From positions 256,001-320,000 of the forward strand of contig CAWJDT010000001.1 in NCBI GenBank assembly GCA_963841735.1: a stretch of DNA of 64,000 nucleotides, given 5' to 3'. The DNA is from an uncultured Actinomycetes bacterium. GTDB lineage: Bacteria > Actinomycetota > Thermoleophilia > RBG-16-64-13. This document shows positions 31,691 to 42,834 of this stretch, piece by piece. A program made the position numbers and the translations under genes. The notes under the pieces are model-generated. The model made no database searches. It was not told the DNA's origin and saw only the letters and a list, made by a program, of their open reading frames with translations. Each line of letters begins with the position of its first letter. The stretch's first letter is position 1.

Positions 31691-32225
31691 CTAGATCTTG
31701 CCCCGCAGGTCGGTGCGGATGCGCCCACCAACGGTACCCTGGAGCGGGAAGTCCTTGCGCAGCGGAAATCCTTCGAAGTCCTCGGTGGTGAGCAGCCGGC
31801 GCAGGTCGGGATGCCCCTCGAACACTATGCCGAACATCTCCCAGGCCTCGCGCTCGTCGAACCCGGCCGACGGCCACAGCCCGGTGACCGTGGCCAGCGC
31901 CGCCCCTTCGGCCAAAGCGGTCTTGATCCGCAGACGATGGCCGTGGGTGTGGCTGGTCAGGTGTGCGACCACCGCGAACGGAGCCGCGGAGCGCTCCGGC
32001 AGGTGATCACCCAGCAGGCAGTCCAGCTGGTCGAAAGCGAGCGCGGGCAGTCTCCTTGCAGGCCCGCAGCACCTCGACCCAGTCGACCGGCGCCACCGAG
32101 AAGGTGAGTTCGCCCCGGTATTCCGCCCGCTCGAGCAGCCGCGCCCCAAAGCGCGCCTCGAGCTGCGCGACCCCCTGGAGCAGGGTCGCGGCGAAAGGAC
32201 TGTCTGCCGGGCTGCCGGCGCTCAC
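31691..32225 (-). CDS. nuoC: Complex I subunit C (frameshifted)
   Basis: [34 protein letters not shown] start overlaps the nuoB stop. Confidence 0.9.
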
Positions 32226-32839
32226 AGTCGCAGGCCGCCCGCGGCCGCTTCGAGGTCGGCGATGGCATCGCGGGCGGGGATGCGGCGCAGCCCGTCATAG
32301 GCATGCCGGCTCTCTTTGATGCGGTCTCTGATCATCTCCAGGCCCTGCCACAAGGCCTCAGGACGAGGCGGGCAACCTGGTACGTAGACATCCACCGGGA
32401 TCAGGCTGTCGATGCCCTGCACAACGTTGTACGTATCCCAGATATTCCCGGATATGGCGCAGGAGCCCATGGCGACCACCCACTTGGGATCGGGGATCTG
32501 CTCATAGAGCCGCACCACTCGGGGAGCCATCTTGGCACTGCACCACCCGGCCACGATCATGCCGTCGGCCTGGCGCGGCGAGGCCCTCATGGCCTCCATG
32601 CCAAAGCGGGACATGTCGAAACGCGACCCGCCCAGAGCCATCATCTCGATGGCGCAACAGGCTAGGCCGAAAAGGAGGGGCCAGAACGAGAAGCTCCGGC
32701 CAAAGCCCAGCACCCGCTCGATCTGCACCGGCATAGCGATGCCGCCGGGCAGCAGCACGGGACCCCCCAAGGTCTCTTCCGCGTCAAGCGCATCCGGTGT
32801 GTCCCCGGCACCCGGCGTCCACAATCCTCCCGACCTCAT
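32222..32839 (-). CDS. nuoB: Complex I subunit B
   Basis: [36 protein letters not shown]. Confidence 0.96.
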   Translation of the reverse strand: MRSGGLWTPGAGDTPDALDAEETLGGPVLLPGGIAMPVQIERVLGFGRSFSFWPLLFGLACCAIEMMALGGSRFDMSRFGMEAMRASPRQADGMIVAGWCSAKMAPRVVRLYEQIPDPKWVVAMGSCAISGNIWDTYNVVQGIDSLIPVDVYVPGCPPRPEALWQGLEMIRDRIKESRHAYDGLRRIPARDAIADLEAAAGGLRL

Positions 32840-33204
32840 TCCCACTCGAACACGCCTTTCTTCCAGGCGTAGACGTACCCCACGAGAAGGATGGCCATGA
32901 ACACGAACATCTCCACCAGGGCAGGGGTGCCAAGGGCGCGGAGAGAGATCGCCCAGGGATAGATAAACACCGCTTCAAGATCGAACAGCACGAACAGCAC
33001 GGCCACCAAGTAGTAGTGAACGTTGAAAGGGGCCCGGGCGTCGGCCTTCGGAAGCACGCCGCATTCATAGGGCAGACCTTTGTTGGGGTTGGTGCTCTTG
33101 GGAGAAAGCAGGTGCGAGATCGAAACGAACGCGACCGCCATCACTGCCCCGATGGCCAGCATGATGCCAAACTGTATGACCAAATCGATGGTCGGATTAA
33201 CCAA
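32836..33204 (-). CDS. nuoA: Complex I subunit A
   Basis: [29 protein letters not shown]. Confidence 0.96.
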   Translation of the reverse strand: MVNPTIDLVIQFGIMLAIGAVMAVAFVSISHLLSPKSTNPNKGLPYECGVLPKADARAPFNVHYYLVAVLFVLFDLEAVFIYPWAISLRALGTPALVEMFVFMAILLVGYVYAWKKGVFEWE

Positions 33205-33427
33205 GCGAGCACCTCACAGCGGGAGCCAGCGGGAGCGAAGCATAGGTCGCCGGCCGCTCTGATGGCAGCCTCAACCACGCGTTTGACGATAACAAATCGT
33301 CCGCCTACGCGCAACGAGCCTGACCACCGCAGGTCAACGTTGTGCCCTAGGCTATACTTGCTCGCGCGCCGGGCTCATGAGCACGTCTTCTTGTGCGATA
33401 GGGTGGAACTGCAAGCCGAGGATATGA

Positions 33428-34276
33428 GTGAGTAAGAACCCTACCAAGGCGATGCCCCTGATGGGGCATCTTGGCGAAATCCGCAAACGCCTCACGTACG
33501 TCGGGATCATCGTCGTGATCTTCGTGATCGCGGCGTTCATCGAGAACAAGTACGTCTTCAAGGTGCTCATGCACCCTCTGCATGCCACCAGTGTCGACAA
33601 ACTCACAGTCCTGGGCCCCACTGAGGCCTTCATGCAGATTCTCAAGGTGTCTATCTATGCAGGGCTGATTTGCGCGTTGCCCGTCATTCTCTACCATTTC
33701 TGGGCCTTCGTGATGCCGGCGCTCTACGAGAACGAGCGACGCAACGTTATTCCTTACACCGCCGCCACCACCTTCCTCTTTCTGGGTGGAGTGGCATTCG
33801 CCTACTTCATCGTGCTGCCGGTGGGGCTCAAATTCCTCATCGGATACGGGGGCGATGCCTTCTACCACCTGCTCCAGGCCGATCGGTACACCACCTTCGT
33901 GGCGACCTTCCTTCTGGCCTTTGGCGTGGTGTTCCTGCTGCCCCTAGTGATGATGCTGCTTGCCTGGGCCGGCCTGGTCAACCACATCATCCTGCGCAAA
34001 GTGCGCAAGTACGCGGTCCTTGTCGAAGCGGTGGTCGCGATGGTCTTGACTCCCAGCCAAGACCCTCTGAGCATGATGCTCATGCTTCTGCCTCTCATAC
34101 TCTTGTACGAGGTCGGCATCTGGCTGGCCAAGATGGCCACCAAACGCAAGACCAAACACGCGGCGGCCGCGGAATCTGAGCGCGAAGCCGCCAAGGCCAC
34201 AGCTGCCGCCGCCGCTGCCGCGGCCGCAGCCGCGGCTGAAAGCGCCCCCGGCGCACCTGACGTCGACGGAGGCTGA
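33428..34276 (+). CDS. tatC: Twin-arginine translocase subunit C
   Basis: MPLMGHLGEIRKRL, FVMPALYENER, RKYA, TPSQDPLSM; poly-Ala tail. Confidence 0.93.
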   Translation: MSKNPTKAMPLMGHLGEIRKRLTYVGIIVVIFVIAAFIENKYVFKVLMHPLHATSVDKLTVLGPTEAFMQILKVSIYAGLICALPVILYHFWAFVMPALYENERRNVIPYTAATTFLFLGGVAFAYFIVLPVGLKFLIGYGGDAFYHLLQADRYTTFVATFLLAFGVVFLLPLVMMLLAWAGLVNHIILRKVRKYAVLVEAVVAMVLTPSQDPLSMMLMLLPLILLYEVGIWLAKMATKRKTKHAAAAESEREAAKATAAAAAAAAAAAAESAPGAPDVDGG

Positions 34277-34303
34277 TCCCCCTCGTCCCCCGCAGTTCTA
34301 TCC

Positions 34304-34340
34304 TTGCACCGCACCCGCCCATGGTGTTACCATCCTACCT
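34304..34340 (+). promoter_or_regulatory. Promoter of a probable leaderless transcript
   Basis: TTGCAC-N18-TACCAT (with TG extension), 7 nt before the ATG at 34341; no SD. Confidence 0.55.
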
Positions 34341-35963
34341 ATGACGGAGAAGAAACGGGTGCAACCTGCAGAGAGTACGTCCGGCCCGGCCGGGGTCAAG
34401 CTCCAGCCCGTCACTCCGCGCACGATTTCCGACCAAGTGGCCGAGCAGTTGCGTGGTCTCATCACGTCCGGTGAATACAGCGCCGGTGACCGCATCCCGG
34501 CCGAGCGCGACCTGGCCCTCAACCTAGGAGTCGGCCGCCCGGCGGTGCGCGAAGCGCTGAGAGAGCTCAAAGCCCAGGGGTATCTGGTATCCGGCCGGGG
34601 CGCCCAGGGCACTACGGTGGCCAACCTCCCCACGCCCAGTTTCTCCGCGCCCCTCTCGTCGCTCTTGGGCACAGGTGCAGAGCGCATCATCGAACTCATG
34701 GAGGTACGTAGCGCCGTAGAAATCGAGGCGGCGGGCCTTGCCGCCCGCAGGGCCAACCTCGAGGATCTCCACAAGCTGTCGATCCTCCTGACCACACCCG
34801 GCGAGGTGCTTTCGCCAGAAGAGGATATGGCCTTCCACACCGCCATAGCCGAAGCCACCCACAATGCCATGTTCGAACGGGTGATCCAGGAGCCGGTAGA
34901 TCTGCTGCACGACCACATGGCGGCGATCTTCGACGTGTACTATCGCGAGCCTGGCGGAGCCATCGCCCTCCAGCAGCAGCACGATGCCATCAGACGAGCC
35001 ATCCGCTCGGGCGATGAAGAGAAGGCCCGGCAGGTCATGCGCCATCACCTAGACTATGTTGCTCGGGGCCTGGCCCAGCTGGTGGGGGCCGGCCGCGTAA
35101 TACGGCTGGTCTTCATCGACCTCGACGGCACCCTCCTTTCCGGCCCGCGGCACATCTCCGAGAGAGCCAGGCGCACCATCGCCGACGTGCGCGAGGCCGG
35201 AGTGGAAGTGGTACTGGTATCTTCCCGTCCGCCGCGAGACGTCCGCCCCTTCCATCAGCAGCTCCGGCTGATGACTCCGGTCATAGCCTGCAACGGGGCC
35301 ATCTTGTGGAACGAGCCGGCGCGGGCCGGCCTCTCCCACGCTCCGGTCGCACCGGAACTGGCGGCCGAGGTGGTGGCGCTGGGTCGGAGCCTGGGCGCGG
35401 TGGCCAACCTGGAGAGCGACGACGAGTGGTTCACCGACCGAGTGGGCAATCTCGAGCGAGATGCGATCGTCGACTACGAGGTGTCCGATCCGCACGGGGT
35501 GGGGACCGTGGACGAGATGCTTCGCGCGGGCGAGCCCATCGACAAAGTCTTTCTCGATCTTCGCGAACTCGACGATGACTCGGCCAAGAGCGCCCTCACC
35601 ACCATCCAGCGCGTGTTCGGCCGGCAGGCCAACATCTACGAGACCACGCCGGGAGTGGTGGACGTCACTTCGGCCGACGCCTCCAAGGTGGCAATGGCTC
35701 AGCAGTTGGCCAGACGCATGCAGGTGCCGGCGGAGCAGACCCTGGCCATCGGCGACCACGACAGCGACGCAGCTCTGCTGCAATGGGCCGGCATCGGGGT
35801 GGCTATGGGAAACGCGAGCCCGGCGGCCAAGGCGGCGGCCGACGTGATCACCTCCTCCAACTTGCGCGATGGAGTGGCCGAGGCCCTGGAGCAGTATCTG
35901 CTGGGTCGCAAGTCCGGAGGGCCCAACGTGAGCGTGCCCAGACCAAGCCTGGTGGGCGAGTAG
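34341..35963 (+). CDS. FadR/GntR regulator (HTH+FCD) fused to a Cof-type HAD phosphatase
   Basis: GDRIPAERDLA..LGVGRPAVREAL, FHTAIAEATHN; then IDLDGTL, ACNGA, AIGDHDSD, GVAMGNA. Confidence 0.9.
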   Translation: MTEKKRVQPAESTSGPAGVKLQPVTPRTISDQVAEQLRGLITSGEYSAGDRIPAERDLALNLGVGRPAVREALRELKAQGYLVSGRGAQGTTVANLPTPSFSAPLSSLLGTGAERIIELMEVRSAVEIEAAGLAARRANLEDLHKLSILLTTPGEVLSPEEDMAFHTAIAEATHNAMFERVIQEPVDLLHDHMAAIFDVYYREPGGAIALQQQHDAIRRAIRSGDEEKARQVMRHHLDYVARGLAQLVGAGRVIRLVFIDLDGTLLSGPRHISERARRTIADVREAGVEVVLVSSRPPRDVRPFHQQLRLMTPVIACNGAILWNEPARAGLSHAPVAPELAAEVVALGRSLGAVANLESDDEWFTDRVGNLERDAIVDYEVSDPHGVGTVDEMLRAGEPIDKVFLDLRELDDDSAKSALTTIQRVFGRQANIYETTPGVVDVTSADASKVAMAQQLARRMQVPAEQTLAIGDHDSDAALLQWAGIGVAMGNASPAAKAAADVITSSNLRDGVAEALEQYLLGRKSGGPNVSVPRPSLVGE

Positions 35964-36000
35964 GGACCATCCGGCAGGCCAGCAGCCTCTGACGCGGGGT

Positions 36001-38817
36001 TCAGGCGCTATACACCGAACCGAGAGACCGCTCCCGCCGTCTGAGCACCCATTTCTGGATCTCGATGACCCAGAAGATGACAGAACTAAGAGCGACCGCG
36101 ATCAGGACGTGCCCCACGTCGAGGGCCTGCGTTTTAAACAGACCCTGCATGAACGGCACGTAGATGAGCGCTACCTGCAAGGCCAGAGTGGCAAGCACAG
36201 CCCAGAAGAGGGCGCGGTTGGAGTAGGGCCCTTCTGTGAAGACCGATGCTCGGTCAGAGTGTATGGCCATCACGTGGAACATCTGCGAGATGGTCATCAC
36301 CGTGAACAACATGGTCTGCCAAGTGTCGTCTCCCGCCCGCCATAAGACAAAGCCGGTCAGCAGCGCGACAGCGCCCATCACAGGCCCGGCCCAAAGAATA
36401 TGAGTCCCCAGACCGCGGGCAAAGATGCTTTCGCCGGGCGGATGGGGGGGACGGCGCATAACGTCGCTCTCCGGTGGCTCAAAGCCCAGGGCAAGAGCGG
36501 GCAAGCCGTCGGTCACGAGGTTCATCCACAGGATCTGGAGAGGAAGCAGTGGCAACGGCATACCCAAGAAAGGAGCGGCCAGCATGACCGCCAGTTCGCC
36601 GACATTGGTGGCCATGAGGTACTTGATGAACTTTCGGATGTTGTCGTAGATGGCGCGGCCTTCCTTGACCGCTGCCACGATCGTGGCAAAGTTGTCGTCG
36701 AGCAACACGATATCCGCGGCCTCTTTGGCGACATCGGTGCCCGTGATCCCCATGGCCACGCCGATGTTCGCCTTGCGAAGAGCGGGAGCGTCGTTGACCC
36801 CATCCCCCGTCATGGCCACTATCTGCCCAGTATCTTGAAGGGCCTGGACGATCTTCAGCTTCTGCTCGGGAGCGACCCGGGCAAAGACCGAAATGTCGCC
36901 AACGATCTGCTCCAACTCGGGCAACGTGAGACGATCAAGGTCGGCGCTCGTAAGCACCCGAAAGCCCTCCGCTTCGGTCTCGGCCTGAGTGACGATGCCC
37001 ACCTGGACGGCGATGCTGGTAGCCGTGAGCGGATGGTCGCCGGTGATCATGACCGGGCGAATGCCGGCCGCCCTTGCGGTCATGACCGCGTCTCGAGCTT
37101 CGGCCCGCGCCGGATCGATCATGCCCACCAGGCCTACGAAGACCGCTCCCTCTTCCCATTCGCCTGGGTCTCCGGCTCGTTGCCGTTCGTCCAGAAGCCT
37201 GAACGCCAGCCCCAACACCCTCGTGCCCCGTTGGGCCATACGGGTGTTCGCCTCTTCGACCCGTGCTCTGACAGACTGGTCGAGCGGAACAGCTTTCTCC
37301 CCATCCCACACGGTAGTGGAGATAGCAAGAATGGAATCCATCGCCCCCTTGGTGAAACTGACGAACCCCAGATCCGGGTCGCTGTGAAGAGCGTCGCTCA
37401 AGCCCTCGAGACCTACCATCGGTTCCATCGGCAGAGCATGGACCGTCGTCATGAGCTTGCGCTCGGAATCGAAGGGGATCTCGGCGACCCTGGGAAAATG
37501 ATCCTCGAGATCGGCTTTGAGCAGACCCAACCGCGCTGCGGCCATGACCAGCGCGCCCTCGGTAGGGTCTCCGATGGACCGCAACTCGCTACCCGCGGCC
37601 CCGCCCTCTTGGCCGGCGCCCGCGGTCACCAGTAGCGAGTCGTTGCAGAGGGCCCCTCCGGCCACCAACAGGGCCACTGCGGGCTTGTCTCGGAGTAGAG
37701 GTGCGGACTGGCCGGCATCCGACGCGGCGAGCGGAGCAAGGCGCCCGCGCGAGACGGCTTCCACCAGGTCGACTTCGTGGCCCGCGGCGTCAAGGATGAC
37801 CACAGTCATGCGATTCTCGGTGAGAGTCCCGGTCTTGTCGGAGCAGATCACCGTGACCGATCCCAAGGTCTCCACGGCGGGCAGCTTGCGAATGAGTGCC
37901 TGTCTGCGCAACATCCGCTGGGCGCCCAGCGCCAGCGCGATGGTGACGATCGCCGGCAAGCCCTCCGGCACGGCGGCCACGGCCATGCTCACCGCCGTCA
38001 AGAGCATGATCCGCACGCCCTGCCCCTGGATGAGACCTTCCGCGAAGATGATCGCCACAAGCACCAGCGCCGCCAGCGCCAACCACCGGCCGAGTTGGCT
38101 AAGCCGTTTCTGCAGCGGAGTGGCCTCACGGGTAACGCTCTGGAGCATACCAGCGATCCGGCCCAACTCGGTATCCATACCGGTGGCTACGACGACCGCT
38201 TCAGCTCTCCCGTACGAGGCCGCGGTACCCATGAAGACCATGTTGAGCCGATCGGCCAAGGGAAGCTCGGGCTGAGGCAGAGGGGCGACGGTCTTCTCAA
38301 CCGGCTCGGACTCACCGGTGAGGGCCGATTCCTGCACGCGCAGGTTGGCCGACTCGATCAGCCGGCAGTCGGCCGGGATCAGATTACCGGCTTCCAGGAG
38401 GACGACATCGCCCACTACCAGCTCACGAGCCGGGATTTCCTCCACCTGACCCGCCCGCCTCACCCGCACCACGGGGGTGGCCAACTTGCGCAGGGCGAGC
38501 ATCGTCTTCTCGGCGCGGTACTCCTGACGAAAACCCAGAACGGCATTGAGGATGATGATGGCCACGATGGCGATCGCATCCTCGTAGTCACCCAGAGCGG
38601 CGGAGGCGATAGCCGCGACGACCAGGATGACGATGAGAAGCGAGGTGAACTGCTCGGCCAGGATGCGCCAGGGACTCTTGGCACCAGAATCAACCAGCTC
38701 GTTGGGGCCTTGCTCGGCCAGCCGCCGACCAGCATCGTCTCCGCTGAGACCACTTCGCGATGGAGTCCCCGCTTGAGACAGGGCCTCGGCAATCGTAATC
38801 CGATGCCAGTCGGTCAA
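36001..38817 (-). CDS. P-type IIA (Ca2+-type) cation ATPase
   Basis: [40 protein letters not shown]. Confidence 0.95.
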   Translation of the reverse strand: MTDWHRITIAEALSQAGTPSRSGLSGDDAGRRLAEQGPNELVDSGAKSPWRILAEQFTSLLIVILVVAAIASAALGDYEDAIAIVAIIILNAVLGFRQEYRAEKTMLALRKLATPVVRVRRAGQVEEIPARELVVGDVVLLEAGNLIPADCRLIESANLRVQESALTGESEPVEKTVAPLPQPELPLADRLNMVFMGTAASYGRAEAVVVATGMDTELGRIAGMLQSVTREATPLQKRLSQLGRWLALAALVLVAIIFAEGLIQGQGVRIMLLTAVSMAVAAVPEGLPAIVTIALALGAQRMLRRQALIRKLPAVETLGSVTVICSDKTGTLTENRMTVVILDAAGHEVDLVEAVSRGRLAPLAASDAGQSAPLLRDKPAVALLVAGGALCNDSLLVTAGAGQEGGAAGSELRSIGDPTEGALVMAAARLGLLKADLEDHFPRVAEIPFDSERKLMTTVHALPMEPMVGLEGLSDALHSDPDLGFVSFTKGAMDSILAISTTVWDGEKAVPLDQSVRARVEEANTRMAQRGTRVLGLAFRLLDERQRAGDPGEWEEGAVFVGLVGMIDPARAEARDAVMTARAAGIRPVMITGDHPLTATSIAVQVGIVTQAETEAEGFRVLTSADLDRLTLPELEQIVGDISVFARVAPEQKLKIVQALQDTGQIVAMTGDGVNDAPALRKANIGVAMGITGTDVAKEAADIVLLDDNFATIVAAVKEGRAIYDNIRKFIKYLMATNVGELAVMLAAPFLGMPLPLLPLQILWMNLVTDGLPALALGFEPPESDVMRRPPHPPGESIFARGLGTHILWAGPVMGAVALLTGFVLWRAGDDTWQTMLFTVMTISQMFHVMAIHSDRASVFTEGPYSNRALFWAVLATLALQVALIYVPFMQGLFKTQALDVGHVLIAVALSSVIFWVIEIQKWVLRRRERSLGSVYSA

Positions 38818-39062
38818 ATTGCTTCCTACGGTCGAAGGGCGCTAGCCGCCGCAACCCGGGCGGGCTCGAGCAGTATACCAGGGGTCAATATAACACTGTG
38901 GCTTGCCAGATCTTGATTGTGGGGGACCACCAGAGGCTCCTCCCACCGTCCCGCCCGAGGCGAGTTGCCTTCAGTCTCGCGCACCGACCGCCGGTGCGGT
39001 ATTGTGGAAAAAACGACGCGAAACCGCCCAGGTCCTTGACGGCACAAAACGGGGGTGCTCCG

Positions 39063-40424
39063 ATGTTTTGCACTGCGTGTGGCAGCCATATCCCAGAAGA
39101 CAGTCGCTTCTGCGGCAACTGCGGCACTCCGGCCAACCAGGCATCCGCCGCGCCGGCGGGCCCGAAACCAGGCGCTCCAGCGGGTGGCGGGTTCTCCGCC
39201 CCGCCCCGGGCGCAATACCTACCTCCGGGAGCATCGTTTCCTCCGCCGCCCGCTAAACCGGACCGTACGATTCTGTGGATCGCCGTGTCCGCGGCGGTGG
39301 TCGTACTCGCCGCCGCCGGCATAATCATCCCGCTTGCCCTGAGAGACAAAGGCGGCGACACCAGCTCGACCACGGGAAGCGTCACCACCACGGTTGTCGC
39401 AAGCACCACCAGCTCCGAGCCACCAACTTCTACCGCGCCCGTCACCTCAACGGAGACCACCAGCACCACCGCGGCCGCCGCGGATGAATGGGTGGAAGTA
39501 GACATCCCGGGCGGTCCGTGGACCGCGAGCGATGTCGCGGTTTCCGACGAGGCCGTTCTGCTCAACACGTCTACCGACACCGAGTCACGACTCACCGCGG
39601 TCATGCTCGACTCCGGCGACGTGATCGAGCTGACAGCGGCCGAGGCCATGTGGGGCATGGACATCGATGGCGACGTCGCCGTGTGGTGGGAGGGAGCTGC
39701 TTTTGACGACGTTGCTGGGATGTGGACCGAGCAGCATATCTACTCGTTCCACCTTCCCGACGGCCCCCGCTCTGAGATCACGGCGGGAGCAGGAGTCCGC
39801 ATCGGTTCGCCCCAAGTGGCTTTGCCCTACGTAACCTGGGTGGAATCGGCTCCCTGGGCCGTCAGCCCCGATGAGTACTGGACTGAGCGCATATTGATGA
39901 CGCGGGTGAACGGCAGCGGAGCGCCCACCGGCGGCGTGACCGAGATGGTGCCCATGGCACTTGCCTTTGCGATGGGCGACTCCGGCTGGCAATACAGCCT
40001 CTCGCGCACATGCCTGGCCTGGGAGAATGGCGATGCAGCAGCCGGTGACGACCCGGGCACCAATGTGATCGAGATCGACACCGACAGCCACGGTTCGATA
40101 GGGGACAACGCATGGCAGCCGTCGCTTTGGCAGCACACGCTGGTGTACTCGGATGACGGCCTCAAAATCACCGACCTAAGCGTGGGAGGAGTACACGACT
40201 TCGCTCCCGGAGGCTATTTCCCCACCGCCGGGCCCGACTTTGCCACGTACTACCGAATGGTCGGCGCGGGCACCGAGATCGTAGCGCGCGCGTACAACGG
40301 CAGCTATGAGCAGGTCTTGGGCATCAATCCCGATCAGCCCTGGTTCTGCCCGCCCATCTCAGTGTCGCCCAGCTACATAGCCTTCGTGATCGGGGACGAG
40401 GTGCACCTGTTCAAGTGGAGCTAG
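39063..40424 (+). CDS. Zinc-ribbon, single-TM protein with Thr-rich linker and extracellular beta-rich (propeller-like) domain
   Basis: MFCTACG...FCGNCG, Pro-rich segment, TM helix, repeated ID/VS...VW strands. Confidence 0.8.
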   Translation: MFCTACGSHIPEDSRFCGNCGTPANQASAAPAGPKPGAPAGGGFSAPPRAQYLPPGASFPPPPAKPDRTILWIAVSAAVVVLAAAGIIIPLALRDKGGDTSSTTGSVTTTVVASTTSSEPPTSTAPVTSTETTSTTAAAADEWVEVDIPGGPWTASDVAVSDEAVLLNTSTDTESRLTAVMLDSGDVIELTAAEAMWGMDIDGDVAVWWEGAAFDDVAGMWTEQHIYSFHLPDGPRSEITAGAGVRIGSPQVALPYVTWVESAPWAVSPDEYWTERILMTRVNGSGAPTGGVTEMVPMALAFAMGDSGWQYSLSRTCLAWENGDAAAGDDPGTNVIEIDTDSHGSIGDNAWQPSLWQHTLVYSDDGLKITDLSVGGVHDFAPGGYFPTAGPDFATYYRMVGAGTEIVARAYNGSYEQVLGINPDQPWFCPPISVSPSYIAFVIGDEVHLFKWS

Positions 40425-40473
40425 TCTGAGGGCTAAGTTGAGGCCGGCTCTCGCCGGCGCGCGGGACACCCTG

Positions 40474-42834
40474 CTAGGCGCCGCCGCTGTAGGAGCCCCA
40501 GGTCCAGTCTTTGACCAGGGGCATGTCATCGCCGTGCTCGCGGATGTACTGCCCGTGGTCCACGTGGATGTCGCGCACCATTTGGCGCACTCCAGCCACG
40601 CGTTGAGCCAAACCGGGCACCCGGTCGATCACGTCGCGGGCCAAACTGAAGCGGTCCAACTCGTTCAGCACCACCATGTCGAACGGGGTAGTGGTGGTCC
40701 CCTCCTCCTTGTAACCTCGCACATGCAGGTTGTCGTGGTTGGTGCGCCGATAGGTAAGCCGGTGGACGAGCCAGGGATAACCGTGATAGGCGAAGATCAC
40801 GGGTTTGTCCACAGTGAACAGGCTGTCGAAAGCCTCGTCGGAGAGCCCATCGGGATGTTCCTCCTGGGGCTGCAGGCACATGAGATCGACCACGTTGACC
40901 ACACGCACCTTGAGGTCGGGCACATGCTTCCGCAAGAAGTCGACCGCGGCCAGGGTCTCCATGGTGGGCACGTCACCCGCACAGGCCATCACCACGTCGG
41001 GCTCGCCGTCACAGTTGCCCGCCCACTCCCAGATGCCGATGCCGGCGCTGCAGTGCCGTATGGCCGAGGCCATGTCCAGCCACTGCGCTTCCGCCTGTTT
41101 GCCGGCCACGATCACATTGACCAGGCTCCGGCTACGCAGGCACTTGTCGGTGACACACAGCAGGGTGTTGGCATCGGGAGGCAAGTAGACCCGGGTAACC
41201 GACCCCTTCTTGGTGAGAACGTGGTCGATGAAACCCGGGTCCTGGTGGGAGAAGCCGTTGTGATCCTGACGCCACACGTGTGAAGTCAGCAGATAGTTGA
41301 GAGAGGCCACCGGGCGCCGCCAGGCGATCTCCTCGCACACGTCCAGCCACTTGGCATGCTGGTTGAACATGGACGAGACGATGTGGATGAAGGCTTCGTA
41401 GCAGGAGAAGAAGGCGTGCCGCCCCGTCAGGAGATAGCCCTCCACCCAGCCCTGGATGGTGTGCTCACTCAGTATCTCCATGACCCGGCCGGTCGGGGAG
41501 AGTCGGTCGTCGCCGGGGATCATTTCGGCCATCCAAGTGCGCGGGGTGACTTCCAGGACGGCTCCCAAGCGGTTGGATGCCGTCTCATCGGGGCCGAACA
41601 GACGGAAGTCCTTGGAGTCGAGGTTAAGGCGCATAACCTCAGCCAAGTAGGCACCCATGACCTTGGTGGCCTCGCCCACCACACCACCGGGCGCCGGCAC
41701 GTCCACCGCGAAAACGCGGTAGTCCGGCAGCTCCAGGTCGCGCAGCAACAGACCACCGTTGCTGTGGGGGTTGTCGCTCATGCGCCGGGTGCCGTGCGGT
41801 GCCAATTCCGCCAGCTCGGGAAGTAGCCTGCCGGTCTCATCGAAGAGTTCCTCGGGCTTGTAGCTGCGCATCCAGTCTTCGAGCAACTGGATGTGCGCGT
41901 CGGTCATATCCGAGAAGGGCACTTGGTGCGAGCGGAAAGTCCCCTCGGTCTTCAGGCCGTCCACGGTCTTCGGGCCGGTCCAGCCCTTGGGCGTCACCAG
42001 CACGATCGCCGGCCAGGCCGGGCGCTCGGTTACACCACCCTCCCGCGCGCACTTCTGGATGACCTTGATCTCATCCAACACCTGGTCCATAGTGGCGGCC
42101 ATCAACTCATGCATCGTGGCGGGATCGTCGCCTTCGACGAAGTAGGGCTTGTATCCACTGCCGCGCAGGTAGTCGGCCAGCTCCGCCCGGTCCACCCGGG
42201 CAAACACGGTGGGGTTGGCGATCTTGTAGCCATTGAGGTGGAGGATGGGCAACACGGCCCCGTCCACAGCCGGGTTGAGGAACTTGTTCGACTGCCAGGA
42301 GGCGGCCAAAGCGCCGGTCTCGGCTTCGCCGTCGCCCACGACACAGGCGACGATGAGCTCGGGGTTGTCAAAGGCGGCCCCGTAGGCGTGTGACAGGCAG
42401 TAGCCCAGTTCCCCGCCCTCGTTGATAGACCCCGGCGTCTCGGCGGCTACATGGCTGGGGATCCCCCCGGGGAAAGAGAACTGCTTGAACAGACGCTGCA
42501 TCCCCGTTTCGCTCTGCGATATATGGCTGTAGTACTCGCTGTAGGTGCCCTCCAAATACGCGTTGGCCACCATGGCCGGCCCCCCGTGACCCGGCCCGCA
42601 GATGTAGATCATGTCGAGGTCGCGGTCCTTGATTACCCTGTTCAAATGAGCGTAGACGAAGCTCAGACCGGGGCAAGTACCCCAGTGTCCGAGGAGACGG
42701 GCCTTGATGTCGTCGTGGCACAGGGGCCGGCGCAGGAGCGGATTCTCTTTGAGGTATATCTGTCCGACCGCTAGGTAGTTGGCTGCGCGCCAGTAGGCAT
42801 TGATCTTATCCAGGGAAGCGGAGTCGAGTGGCAT
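40474..42834 (-). CDS. xfp: Xylulose-5-P/fructose-6-P phosphoketolase
   Basis: [54 protein letters not shown]. Confidence 0.97.
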   Translation of the reverse strand: MPLDSASLDKINAYWRAANYLAVGQIYLKENPLLRRPLCHDDIKARLLGHWGTCPGLSFVYAHLNRVIKDRDLDMIYICGPGHGGPAMVANAYLEGTYSEYYSHISQSETGMQRLFKQFSFPGGIPSHVAAETPGSINEGGELGYCLSHAYGAAFDNPELIVACVVGDGEAETGALAASWQSNKFLNPAVDGAVLPILHLNGYKIANPTVFARVDRAELADYLRGSGYKPYFVEGDDPATMHELMAATMDQVLDEIKVIQKCAREGGVTERPAWPAIVLVTPKGWTGPKTVDGLKTEGTFRSHQVPFSDMTDAHIQLLEDWMRSYKPEELFDETGRLLPELAELAPHGTRRMSDNPHSNGGLLLRDLELPDYRVFAVDVPAPGGVVGEATKVMGAYLAEVMRLNLDSKDFRLFGPDETASNRLGAVLEVTPRTWMAEMIPGDDRLSPTGRVMEILSEHTIQGWVEGYLLTGRHAFFSCYEAFIHIVSSMFNQHAKWLDVCEEIAWRRPVASLNYLLTSHVWRQDHNGFSHQDPGFIDHVLTKKGSVTRVYLPPDANTLLCVTDKCLRSRSLVNVIVAGKQAEAQWLDMASAIRHCSAGIGIWEWAGNCDGEPDVVMACAGDVPTMETLAAVDFLRKHVPDLKVRVVNVVDLMCLQPQEEHPDGLSDEAFDSLFTVDKPVIFAYHGYPWLVHRLTYRRTNHDNLHVRGYKEEGTTTTPFDMVVLNELDRFSLARDVIDRVPGLAQRVAGVRQMVRDIHVDHGQYIREHGDDMPLVKDWTWGSYSGGA

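Noticed and set aside
22688-32225. Pseudogenisation or programmed frameshifting of nuo genes
   Set aside because: Indels are scattered, with no consistent slippery sites, and also hit topA. Sequencing error is more parsimonious.
30358-32839. NuoD/NuoB as a group-4 [NiFe]-hydrogenase
   Set aside because: NuoD has DRLDY and ends LGDCDR, lacking both CxxC Ni-binding motifs. NuoB has the tandem CC typical of complex I.
33282-33298. FNR/Rex-like site at the nuo promoter (TTTGACGATAACAAA)
   Set aside because: Only a half-site match, and it overlaps a probable -10 element. Insufficient support.
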